Shown here: piece after piece, positions 27,595 through 36,672 of the stretch | Position numbering within the stretch: position 1 is the stretch's first letter | Layout of the letters: each line of letters starts with the position of its first letter | Assembly: GCA_964590205.1 (NCBI GenBank) | Contig: CAZPVO010000002.1 | Coordinates: 65,005-129,004, forward strand | Source: an uncultured Candidatus Saccharibacteria bacterium | GTDB taxonomy: Bacteria; Patescibacteriota; Saccharimonadia; Saccharimonadales; JAGQNJ01 | Reading direction: 5' to 3' | Length of the DNA: 64,000 bases | Position numbers and translations under genes: made by a program | Notes under the pieces: generated by a model | Seen by the model: the letters and a program-made list of their open reading frames with translations, nothing else | Database searches by the model: none | What the model was told of the DNA's origin: nothing

Positions 27595-29328
27595 ATGGAT
27601 CGTTCGCATTCTATAGAAGTACCCCAAGATCTTGACATGAATCAAGAAATTAACAATATTGACCCCTACCAAACTCGATCAGTTTTCAAACAAATAAGAA
27701 GGGTGGGCACACGTGCACTAGTAGCACTTGGTATGACTTTTACTTCAGTAGTTGGCTCGCAAGCTACTGAAGTAGCAAACCACGCTCAAATTGCAGAAGC
27801 AATGACAAATGATTACCCTAGTCCTTTGATGCCATGTGTGGCACAAGGCCCAAACTACGGCAAGACAACGGGCACTGGCTACTGGTGTGATGGATACCAG
27901 TGGGGTGATCTAAAGACTGGTAATCAAAACTCATCCCGTGGTTTTGGATACAGAAACTGTACTGACTGGGCGGCATTTCGCGCTCAAGAATTAACAGGAG
28001 TATTAGTACCTTACGGTGCAAAAATGGGGGATGCTGGTATGTGGGATAATAATGCCCCTACGTATGGCTATACTGTAACCTCTGTGCCAGAAGCAGGTGA
28101 TCTTGCAGTTTGGGATGGTACTAGAACTAACCCATATGGACATGTTGCTGTCGTTGAGTCTGTTAATCCTGACGGGACAGCTAATATTTCCGAATATAAC
28201 CATGGTATGGATGGAAACTATGGGACCAGAACGAGTATAGTTGCCAATCACTATATAGATCTTAATGGTCCAAATAAGCCTGCCCAAACAGTTCCAGCTG
28301 TTGAAGGGCCAACTTTCATGCCATCAATGGTTCAACGACCTTCTGGTGAAACCGTTACTGTCGATGTTGGCCCAAACAATAGCTTAGACTATTACTTTAA
28401 TGCACTTGGTTCTGGAGTGTGGGGGAAATTAGCAACCGGTGGACAAGCCTTTTCTTCGCCAGCTATGATTCAACGTTCAAATGGAGAAACGGATATTATT
28501 ACGCAGGGGCCCAATCATAGTTTGGATTATTACTTCAACAGCCAGGGTTCCAGTACATGGGGTAAACTCGCAATCGCAGGAGCAAATGCTGCTTTTTCCG
28601 CACCAGCAGTTGTACAACGTTCAAATGGAGAAACTGATGTTGCAGTTGTGGGCCCGAACAACAGTCTGGATTTTTACATTAATTCGCTTGGCTCACCAAA
28701 CTGGGGCAAGTTAACTGTTCCCGGTGCCCAGGCTTTCTCAAAACCAGCTATGGTGCAAAGATCATCTGGCGAAACAGATATAGCCACCCTTGGGCCAGAC
28801 AATACTTTGAATTTTTACTATAACCCTGCCGGAACAACCAGCTGGGGAGTTAGTCACGTCGCAGCCAATGGCTGGGCATGGAGTGCACCATCAATGATCC
28901 AACGCCCAACTTCAGGAGAAACAGACATTGCTGTTCAAGGCCCAAACAATAGTCTCGATTTTTACATGAATACCCAGGGTTCACCATATTGGGGGAGATT
29001 GCCAGTTGCAGCCAGTGGTTCGACTTTTGCCACACCAAATCCACCGTCAATGACACAAAGGCTCAATGGTGAAACGGATATTGTTGCTCGTGGGCCAAAC
29101 GACACAGCCAACTTTTTCTTTAACACATTTGGTACTTCAAACTGGAACAAAGTTCCGGTTGCCACCCCCGGTTTTAGTTTTAGACAGCCAGCAATGATTC
29201 AAAGGCCAAACAATGAAACAGATCTAGCTGTCGTTGGACCAAATAACCGACTAGATTTTTATTTTAACCAGTATGGCTCGCCGTATTGGGCAAACTTCCC
29301 GATCGCAGGCAACAATACTGCGTCCTGA
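27595..29328 (+). CDS. secreted CHAP-domain peptidoglycan hydrolase fused to seven tandem ~47-aa propeller-like repeats
   Basis: SD AGGAGGA. CHAP catalytic pair context: RNCTDWAAFRA (Cys) and YGHVAVVESV (His). Seven repeats of (P/A)xM(V/I)QRxxGETD(I/V)xxxGPNNSLDFYxNxxGSxxWG follow. Confidence 0.75.
   Translation: MDRSHSIEVPQDLDMNQEINNIDPYQTRSVFKQIRRVGTRALVALGMTFTSVVGSQATEVANHAQIAEAMTNDYPSPLMPCVAQGPNYGKTTGTGYWCDGYQWGDLKTGNQNSSRGFGYRNCTDWAAFRAQELTGVLVPYGAKMGDAGMWDNNAPTYGYTVTSVPEAGDLAVWDGTRTNPYGHVAVVESVNPDGTANISEYNHGMDGNYGTRTSIVANHYIDLNGPNKPAQTVPAVEGPTFMPSMVQRPSGETVTVDVGPNNSLDYYFNALGSGVWGKLATGGQAFSSPAMIQRSNGETDIITQGPNHSLDYYFNSQGSSTWGKLAIAGANAAFSAPAVVQRSNGETDVAVVGPNNSLDFYINSLGSPNWGKLTVPGAQAFSKPAMVQRSSGETDIATLGPDNTLNFYYNPAGTTSWGVSHVAANGWAWSAPSMIQRPTSGETDIAVQGPNNSLDFYMNTQGSPYWGRLPVAASGSTFATPNPPSMTQRLNGETDIVARGPNDTANFFFNTFGTSNWNKVPVATPGFSFRQPAMIQRPNNETDLAVVGPNNRLDFYFNQYGSPYWANFPIAGNNTAS
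28315..29325 (+). repeat. seven tandem coding repeats (46-52 codons each) inside the CHAP protein
   Basis: The QR..GET cores start at residues 245, 291, 339, 386, 434, 486 and 534 of the 577-aa product. The repeats are diverged at DNA level. Confidence 0.7.
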
Positions 29329-29329
29329 T

Positions 29330-30208
29330 TTATCGAGGGTTGTTCTTTACAAAATCTTTGATGTAACCCAGCACGTCGACAGTCGTGTCCCAGCCAAGTT
29401 CAGTGCGCGCTTTGTCCGAAAGTTCTTCCTTAGCAGTTCCTGAACGTCCTGAATACCGTTCGGTTAGTACTGTTTTGCCACCAAAGGCTTTAGCAATTTG
29501 GAGCACCGAAAACTGTTTTTTGTTATTGAGTGAATAGCCATCGCCCTGCCCTTTTTCACCGACCAAAATGATGCCACGAGCTAAATCACCAACGTATGTA
29601 AAATTCCTTTTTTGAGTTCCTGGTGGGTCAATCGTTAACGGCCGCCCATGTAAATAATCTTGCTGAAATTTAGCAATTAAAGTCATGTACTTACCAGTGC
29701 CCTTTTCGCGTGGACCAAAAGCATTGTAGAAATAGCAAATGGCGTAGGGCAAGTCGTACCATTTACCGTAGTTGTTAACTAGGTCCACGTTCATGGCTTT
29801 GGTAAACGAGTATGGGTTTTGATGCCGACCGTTGCCTTCAATAGCAAATTTGGTGCTTGAGCCTGCATAAACAAGCTTCCCCACTTTGCGCTGGCGGCAA
29901 AACTCTAAAACAGCGAATGTGCCAGTAATGTTCAGATCAAAAACCTTTTCGACATCCTCAAACGACGGTGCAATTCGAGCATACTCACCAAGGTGAAAAA
30001 CAATCTCTGGCTTTTCGGGCACAAGTTTAGCAATATTTTTAGTATGCCCACGTCGATACTCGGCACCCTTAATATGGTTTTTGGCACTGCCATTAAAATA
30101 GTTGTCGAGCGAAATGACTTTGTTATTTTTGTCTTTCACTAATTGCTCAATTATGTGTGAGCCAACATGTCCAGCACCCCCAGTAACAAGGATGATTCTT
30201 TTAGCCAC
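29330..30208 (-). CDS. NAD-dependent epimerase/dehydratase (SDR; possibly acting on UDP-glucuronate)
   Basis: VTGGAGHVGSH Rossmann motif and YSFTK (YxxxK). 8-nt overlap with the upstream ugd. Confidence 0.7.
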   Translation of the reverse strand: MAKRIILVTGGAGHVGSHIIEQLVKDKNNKVISLDNYFNGSAKNHIKGAEYRRGHTKNIAKLVPEKPEIVFHLGEYARIAPSFEDVEKVFDLNITGTFAVLEFCRQRKVGKLVYAGSSTKFAIEGNGRHQNPYSFTKAMNVDLVNNYGKWYDLPYAICYFYNAFGPREKGTGKYMTLIAKFQQDYLHGRPLTIDPPGTQKRNFTYVGDLARGIILVGEKGQGDGYSLNNKKQFSVLQIAKAFGGKTVLTERYSGRSGTAKEELSDKARTELGWDTTVDVLGYIKDFVKNNPR

Positions 30209-31520
30209 GAACTACTTCCCGACCAATACTTTCGTAGTGGAAACCCTCGGATTTAACTCGTTCTAAATCGTACAAATTGCGTCCATCAAAAATAACTGGC
30301 TTTTTAAGTCCTTTTTTCATTTTAGCGAACGATGGCTCAGTAAACTCCGGCCATTCGGTTGCAATGATTAATGCATCGGCACCTTTGAGTGCGTCGTAAG
30401 AACTCTTCACAAAACTGAGCTTCTTGTTTTTGCCGTAGAATTTCTTTACGTTATCCATAGCTTCGGGATCAAAAGCTACAACGCTAGCACCTTCTTGGGT
30501 TAGCGTTTTGATGATCTCAACGCTTGGTGCTTCACGAATGTCGTCTGTATCTGGTTTAAAAGCCAAACCCCACAACGCAAATTTTTTGCCTTCTACGTTG
30601 CCTTTGTAGTAATTAAGAACTTTTTGAGCCATACGATGTTTTTGCTGATCATTAACTTCCGTCACGGCCTCGAGAATTTTAAAGTCGTAATCGTTAGCCA
30701 TAGCAGTGCGGTGTAGTGCCAGAACGTCTTTAGGAAAACAGCTGCCGCCATAGCCGATACCAGGAAACAAAAAACGTTTACCAATTCGATCATCAGAACC
30801 GATACCGAGCCGAACTGCATCAACGTCTGCACCAACTTTTTCGCATAAGTTTGCAATCTCGTTCATAAACGAAATTTTAGTTGCTAAAAACGAGTTGGCT
30901 GCATATTTTGTCATCTCTGCGGATTTCTCATCCATGAAAAAAATTGGGTTGCCTTCTTTTACAAATGGTTCGTAGAGTTTATTTAAAACTTTCTTGGCTT
31001 TCTCGGAACTCGTGCCAATTACCACACGGTCTGGTTTCATAAAGTCGGCAACCGCAAAACCTTCGCGCAAAAATTCCGGATTTGAAACAACATCGTATTT
31101 TACTTTGGCATTTTTGCCAATGTGCTTGCTCACTCGGTCGGCTGTGCCAACTGGCACGGTACTTTTATCGATCACAATGGCGTAGTGATCCAAAGTTTTT
31201 CCAAGGTCATCTGCCACGCCTAATATATAAGACAAGTCCGCGCTGCCATCTTCCCCTGGCGGCGTTGGTAGTGCGAGAAAAATTACCTCAGCTTCTTTGA
31301 TGCCAGCTTTAAGATCAGTCGTAAAATGCAAACGATCTTCTTTAATATTGCGCTTAAATAGTTTCTCTAAATCAGGTTCGTAAATCGGTACTTGACCGGC
31401 TTTCATTTTCTTAACCTTGGCTTTGTCGATATCAACACACGTGACATCGTTGCCCATTTCGGCAAAGCATGTGCCTGTTACAAGTCCAACGTATCCGGTT
31501 CCAACAACTCCAACTTTCAC
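30201..31520 (-). CDS. ugd: UDP-glucose 6-dehydrogenase
   Basis: MKVGVVGTGYVGLV N-terminus and the catalytic GGSCFPKD motif. 439 aa. Confidence 0.9.
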   Translation of the reverse strand: MKVGVVGTGYVGLVTGTCFAEMGNDVTCVDIDKAKVKKMKAGQVPIYEPDLEKLFKRNIKEDRLHFTTDLKAGIKEAEVIFLALPTPPGEDGSADLSYILGVADDLGKTLDHYAIVIDKSTVPVGTADRVSKHIGKNAKVKYDVVSNPEFLREGFAVADFMKPDRVVIGTSSEKAKKVLNKLYEPFVKEGNPIFFMDEKSAEMTKYAANSFLATKISFMNEIANLCEKVGADVDAVRLGIGSDDRIGKRFLFPGIGYGGSCFPKDVLALHRTAMANDYDFKILEAVTEVNDQQKHRMAQKVLNYYKGNVEGKKFALWGLAFKPDTDDIREAPSVEIIKTLTQEGASVVAFDPEAMDNVKKFYGKNKKLSFVKSSYDALKGADALIIATEWPEFTEPSFAKMKKGLKKPVIFDGRNLYDLERVKSEGFHYESIGREVVRG

Positions 31521-31553
31521 CTATCCCCTCGCTTTCCTCTAAAGTTCCAGTTA

Positions 31554-32990
31554 CTACTTTTTTTGTAATCCTGTCTTAGTAATGACCGAGCTTTCCTGAT
31601 ATTCGTAGTCAGTATTAATTTCCCAAAGATCGTGATGTGTGCCGTCAGCTACATTCTCAGCAGCCAGAATTCCCATCAAAATACTGTGATCTTGGTTATT
31701 GTATTTGAATGCACCATAGCGACCGATAACCTGCAGGTTTTTGAAACTACGCACGTAATCTTCAACTGCCTTCAGTGGTTTTTTGTAACCACGTCGATAA
31801 ACTGGATAGCACTTTGGCACGCGAATCACTTTACCCTCTTTGACTTGATCTGCTTTTACCAGACCAGTCTTCACGATTTCTTCTTTTGCCAGCTTAATGT
31901 ACTGCTTATCGTCCCAACTCCAAAAATCGTCTTCATCAAAGCACCAATATTCCATGGCCAGAATACTTTCCTTCTTGCCTTTATTGATTTCTTTAACCCA
32001 GTTTCTAAAGTTAGTAATTCGTCCGGTTCGAAGTTCCGAGCTGTGCACGTAAATCCAGTTGTCCGGAAAAATTTTGCGAGCATTAACTTTTAGATACACG
32101 ATTAGCGTGTTGCGAAACTTAAGATTCTTGGTAGCCTTAGCAACTTTGTCCGGTACATGCTTCATGCGACTCACAAGTAAGGTTAGTGGCATTGATGAAA
32201 TCACTTGATCGTATTCAATTTCTTTGCCATTCACAAGTTTTACGCCATACACAGTCTTACCACGAACCAACATTGAATCAATAGGTGTTTGAAGATGTAC
32301 TTTGCCGCCATTTTTCTCGATGGACTTTTTCATTAGCTCATAAACCTGGCCAGTGCCTTGTTTTGGAAAAGCAAATTGATCAACAAGGGTTTTGTGCTTT
32401 TCGCCACCGCCACCAAATACTGCACTTTTTACCGCTTCCCAGAGTGACAACTTTTTAATACGCTGTGCAGCAAAGTCAGCATCAAGTTCAGTACACGGAA
32501 TTCCCCATAATTTTTCTGAATAAGTTTTGAAAAAGTGTCGATACAAACGCCTACCAAAACGAGCCGTCACCCAACTCTCAAAACTATTTCCCAAATCGCG
32601 GCCACCTGGCTTAATTCGCTGCCAGCCATAACTCGCCATACAAAGAAACGCTTCAAAAAGTCCAAGGTTCTTGAGTGCATCGCCAGCTTTAATTGGATAG
32701 TGATAGAATTTATTCTTAAAGAAAATTCGGGTCAGACGATCAACCATTTCGTAATCTTTACCAATAACCTCAAGCCATAATTCATTCACGCGAGTATCAC
32801 TACTAAAAAATCGATGTGGACCAATATCAACGATCTGTCCCCACAATTTCCATGAACGCGCCATGCCACCTACGAATGGTGACGCCTCATAAAGATCAAC
32901 TGGCACACCTTTTTTTGCCAATTCATACGCTGCCGTAATTCCAGCAGGCCCCGCACCAATTACTGCGATCTTTTGTTTTTTATTCGCCAC
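31554..32990 (-). CDS. FAD/NAD(P)-binding oxidoreductase (amine-oxidase / UDP-galactopyranose-mutase-like fold)
   Basis: IAVIGAGPAGITAAYELAKKG...LYEASPFVGGMA dinucleotide-binding motif. 478 aa. GTG start. Confidence 0.7.
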   Translation of the reverse strand: MANKKQKIAVIGAGPAGITAAYELAKKGVPVDLYEASPFVGGMARSWKLWGQIVDIGPHRFFSSDTRVNELWLEVIGKDYEMVDRLTRIFFKNKFYHYPIKAGDALKNLGLFEAFLCMASYGWQRIKPGGRDLGNSFESWVTARFGRRLYRHFFKTYSEKLWGIPCTELDADFAAQRIKKLSLWEAVKSAVFGGGGEKHKTLVDQFAFPKQGTGQVYELMKKSIEKNGGKVHLQTPIDSMLVRGKTVYGVKLVNGKEIEYDQVISSMPLTLLVSRMKHVPDKVAKATKNLKFRNTLIVYLKVNARKIFPDNWIYVHSSELRTGRITNFRNWVKEINKGKKESILAMEYWCFDEDDFWSWDDKQYIKLAKEEIVKTGLVKADQVKEGKVIRVPKCYPVYRRGYKKPLKAVEDYVRSFKNLQVIGRYGAFKYNNQDHSILMGILAAENVADGTHHDLWEINTDYEYQESSVITKTGLQKK

Positions 32991-33025
32991 TATTCCTCCT
33001 TAACCCCACCGATCTTTCACTTAGA

Positions 33026-33538
33026 TTAATACAAAATTTTCTTTCTTCCTATAAAATTCCAGAAAAAGACAACAATCGTAGAAACAATCTTAGCAATTCG
33101 GTAGTCAACATGCATCCACTGAACCATGCCAGCAATAATTGCCAGGTTTAGCGCAAGTCCAATTGCGCAGATAATAAAAAAGATCGTAAATTCAGCTTTT
33201 TTTGAAGCAAGTTGGCGATCGGCAAACACCCACCAAACACTCAATGCGTAATTAACTAGCACGCCAAGCGTAAAACTAATAGTGGCAGCCACCAAATAAT
33301 TAATACCGAGCTTTTCTTTCATGATGACAAGTGTGCCAAAATCGACGACCAACGCAACAACCGAAACAACCAAGCTTCGAATAAGCTGCACCATCGTATT
33401 GTGGCTCGGCTTTAGCTTGACGATTTCAATAACTAAATCTTTGATCGCCAGTATCGGATTGTCATCACCCGGCAGGGGCACTTCCTCGACATCATGAACT
33501 TTATTCATGTATTTTCCTAAGACTCCTTTGCCAATCAA
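33026..33538 (-). CDS. GtrA-family membrane protein (second copy)
   Basis: Four helices, with WWVFADR and FFWNFIGRKKILY GtrA-like motifs. Confidence 0.7.
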   Translation of the reverse strand: MIGKGVLGKYMNKVHDVEEVPLPGDDNPILAIKDLVIEIVKLKPSHNTMVQLIRSLVVSVVALVVDFGTLVIMKEKLGINYLVAATISFTLGVLVNYALSVWWVFADRQLASKKAEFTIFFIICAIGLALNLAIIAGMVQWMHVDYRIAKIVSTIVVFFWNFIGRKKILY

Positions 33539-33558
33539 TTATACCTTAACTCGCATGC

Positions 33559-34914
33559 TTAGTGGAACCATGTAAAGATGACGCTGACGCTAGCGAACAG
33601 CACAATGATTGCCAGCGCAACATTTGTTCGCCATTTGATGGTATGTCGATAACGACCAATCAAAGCTGGCATTAGCAATATGAGTGTTGGAATTAAGTAG
33701 CGAGCTTGTAATTGCTCAACAAATGATTGATGCGGATTAGACCAAAAAATGTAGAGACCTGCAAAAATAAAAGCAACATTCGTAAGCGCCACCAACCAAA
33801 AGATAATTGTAGGTTTGTTGGCGGTACGCTCTTTTTTATCCTGATATCCAAAACTCAGAAACAGTGCGATGATTGCAACTGCCAAAGCCCATGGTTGCAA
33901 AGCAATATCGCCAACACCAAACTCTCCAAAAAATCCGGCGAGCAAACCTGGTTGACGCAATGTTGAGAGAGAAGCTTTTATAAAGCCAAAAGGATGAGTC
34001 AGCATAAATTTTTCCTGCACTTTTGGATCGGCGAACACACCAACCGAATGCTGTAGAGCCGTTGGCTGAGTATGCACATGCCGAAGTGATACAAGTGTTA
34101 GTGCAAAAGGAATTAATGCCGCTGCGATTACACCCAGTGCCGTTACAAATTCTTTTTTGCTGAACTTAACGTTTCTAAACGGCAATGCCAACAGTGCAAA
34201 AATCAGGACAAAATACGTTTGCTTCGAAAGCGCCACAGCCGCTGCCAAACAGCCAACAATAATCCATTGCTTTGTGTCGATATTTTTTTGCCTAAACAAA
34301 CTATATAAATAAGACACAAACAGCGCAGTTGATCCTAACACAAACGTGTCGGCTGAAAGAGACGCGCCTAAATACAACACCATCGGCAACAGCCCAATTA
34401 CAAATAATGCCTCCTTGTTTTTGCCGATTATTTTTAGAGCAAAGTATAAGCAAAGCCCTAAAAACACCAGATTAAAAATGCGTGCCGCAAAAAATTGAAC
34501 CCAAATGCTCTGCGTAAAAATTCTGGCTAAGCCCAAACCAAGTGCTTGTGGCAGATAATTTACAAATGGGTAAATCGCTACATTCGTAAATGGTATTGAA
34601 TCCTGATTATTTGGATTTAACCTTTGGCTCAGTTGCGCCTTCATGGACGAAAAGTAGTGATACTTTTGTCCTGGAGTTAAAATGTTTTCGCTCACAAAGT
34701 TCGTTAAGCTTTTTGGAACATTACCGCCCGCTTCATCACCAATATTGTCAGGCACGAGTTTAAACGTTGAAACTTGGTAGGCTCTATATAAATGAGTGCT
34801 CTCGTCGTGCGTGTAAATTGGCGGTGTAACAAAAACAAAAAGCAAACCAAAGACAAAAAATATCGTAATAAATACGTTTTCCTTGGGCTTTAAAAAATTT
34901 CGAATTTTGTCCAT
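33559..34914 (-). CDS. polytopic membrane protein, GT-C-like glycosyltransferase candidate (DUF2142-like)
   Basis: About 450 aa with at least 10 TM helices. An extracytoplasmic loop after TM1 carries an acidic motif (YTHDESTHLYRAY). ATG 34914 (MDKIRNF, GGGGA SD) is preferred over TTG 34941. Confidence 0.5.
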   Translation of the reverse strand: MDKIRNFLKPKENVFITIFFVFGLLFVFVTPPIYTHDESTHLYRAYQVSTFKLVPDNIGDEAGGNVPKSLTNFVSENILTPGQKYHYFSSMKAQLSQRLNPNNQDSIPFTNVAIYPFVNYLPQALGLGLARIFTQSIWVQFFAARIFNLVFLGLCLYFALKIIGKNKEALFVIGLLPMVLYLGASLSADTFVLGSTALFVSYLYSLFRQKNIDTKQWIIVGCLAAAVALSKQTYFVLIFALLALPFRNVKFSKKEFVTALGVIAAALIPFALTLVSLRHVHTQPTALQHSVGVFADPKVQEKFMLTHPFGFIKASLSTLRQPGLLAGFFGEFGVGDIALQPWALAVAIIALFLSFGYQDKKERTANKPTIIFWLVALTNVAFIFAGLYIFWSNPHQSFVEQLQARYLIPTLILLMPALIGRYRHTIKWRTNVALAIIVLFASVSVIFTWFH

Positions 34915-35015
34915 AAATCCCCGGCTCTTGGTCACTATCAATATACTTGTTTTACAACATAAAAACTACATCTGATATTACAAACTAGTGCTAGAATAGA
35001 TTGACTAGGAGTACG

Positions 35016-36626
35016 ATGCGAAAGCCAAAGGGTAAGAGCGCAACGACAAAACTGCGCCAACGACTTTCCAAGACAAATTATTGGGTTCTTGCTATTCTTA
35101 CCGCAGCAATTTTGGTGCTGGTTCTTAATATTTATGTCGCCCAAACCAAACGAGCTTTCACCAGCGATGACGTCGTCACACAAGTTATGGTTCACGACCA
35201 TATTGCCACTGGCGGCAAGGGCACGCTATGGTTCGGCGAAGACAATTTTGTTATAAAAATTCCTTTTTATCAGCTTGGTGATTTACTAATTGCAAACTCA
35301 CGAAAGGTCATTATTGCCACAGTTGTTTTGCTCGACGTCGCTGGTTTTATTCTGTTCTTTTATGCCGCGCTTTATTTCTTGAAACGTTTCAAAGTTAGTG
35401 GCAAAATTTCGCTGCTAATACTCGTCTGGTTAGCGACGATTTACAATCTGGTCTTTTACTGCCTCATGAATCCGAATCTTCGTAATGTTGAAATTGGAAT
35501 AAGTTTTGTGGTTCTCATGTTGTTTGCAAAATATCTTGATGGCGATTTTGTATTTAAAACCCGCTGGCAAAAGTTTTTGCTTGTTGTGCTGGCAGGGCTA
35601 CTTGGAATGTTTTTCTACAGTGATCCGTTTTATATGTATATGCTCGCTGGACCGCTTATTCTGTTTTTGTTAGCACAAATAATTTGGCTCAGGTTTAATC
35701 AGCGCATCGGACGAGCATTAGTATTTGTGTTTGCGTCGCTCATCAGCTCATTTGTATGGCTCAAGTTTTTCAAAATTTTCTTTCATTTTTCATTGAAACA
35801 TTCGGAAACTTCGTTTGCCGCTTTTAATAGTCTTGGAACAACTATTCCGCAGTATATTTTTGATTACTTCCATTTGCTGACAGCTGATTTTTGGGGCCGA
35901 CAAGTGTTTTCGCCAGTTGGCGTTCAAACTTCGCTTAATGCACTGCTCCTTATTTGTACGACCGGCATGATAATTTACATGCTTGTTCGCAGAGTTAGTA
36001 AAAAGACCGATCCCTGGCTGACATTTTTCTTAGCTATGCCGATTTATATTGGCGCAATATTTATTTTTAGTCAGAACACCGTGCTCAGCGGATATGGGTC
36101 GGTCCGTTTCTTAGTCATGTCACCGTTTTACATTGTATTTGCCATGGCAATATTTTTTGCCGAGCTTAAAAACATAATGCTTAAACGTTTGCTGACGCTC
36201 GTTCTTTGCTTGAGCATTATTTTAAACGTTGGTTGGCTGTTGGTTTCGGTTGTTAGGCATCCTGCCGCTAATCCAAATGCTGCGAATTTTGCCATTGTTG
36301 ATGCAATTAAACAAAATCATTTTGATAAAGGCTACGCTCACTATTGGGATGGAAACATTAATGAGTATTTGAGCAATTACTCAACTAAAATTGTGCGAGT
36401 TGAATGTTTCACTAAAATTGATTGGCTCATGGATCAAGGCAATGAGTCAGTACACGCCGACAAAACGTTCTATATATATGACAAACAATATTCAGCAAAG
36501 TGCAGTCCGGATGATATTAATGAAAAACTTGGCGAGCCATCCAAAACGATTCCAATCAATGATCAGATTACGATTTTCACTTATGATTACGATATTGGAG
36601 CTAAGTTTAACGAGATGAAACTCTAA
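35016..36626 (+). CDS. polytopic membrane protein, GT-C-like glycosyltransferase candidate
   Basis: About 11 TM helices followed by a ~130-aa C-terminal soluble domain. ATG 35016 has an AGGAG SD and is preferred over TTG 35001. Confidence 0.5.
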   Translation: MRKPKGKSATTKLRQRLSKTNYWVLAILTAAILVLVLNIYVAQTKRAFTSDDVVTQVMVHDHIATGGKGTLWFGEDNFVIKIPFYQLGDLLIANSRKVIIATVVLLDVAGFILFFYAALYFLKRFKVSGKISLLILVWLATIYNLVFYCLMNPNLRNVEIGISFVVLMLFAKYLDGDFVFKTRWQKFLLVVLAGLLGMFFYSDPFYMYMLAGPLILFLLAQIIWLRFNQRIGRALVFVFASLISSFVWLKFFKIFFHFSLKHSETSFAAFNSLGTTIPQYIFDYFHLLTADFWGRQVFSPVGVQTSLNALLLICTTGMIIYMLVRRVSKKTDPWLTFFLAMPIYIGAIFIFSQNTVLSGYGSVRFLVMSPFYIVFAMAIFFAELKNIMLKRLLTLVLCLSIILNVGWLLVSVVRHPAANPNAANFAIVDAIKQNHFDKGYAHYWDGNINEYLSNYSTKIVRVECFTKIDWLMDQGNESVHADKTFYIYDKQYSAKCSPDDINEKLGEPSKTIPINDQITIFTYDYDIGAKFNEMKL

Positions 36627-36672
36627 TGATCACGAGGCTAAGCTGCTATACTAACGATCAGGAAAACCGCGC

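Noticed and set aside
28315-29325. The seven coding repeats as a diversity-generating (DGR) variable region or a recent DNA-level tandem duplication.
   Set aside because: There is no reverse transcriptase or template repeat in the window. The repeats are strongly diverged at nucleotide level, consistent with an old structural repeat rather than an active hypervariable cassette.
31632-32093. 153-aa plus-strand ORF.
   Set aside because: It lies antisense within the FAD oxidoreductase gene, whose dinucleotide-binding motif and length support the minus-strand frame.
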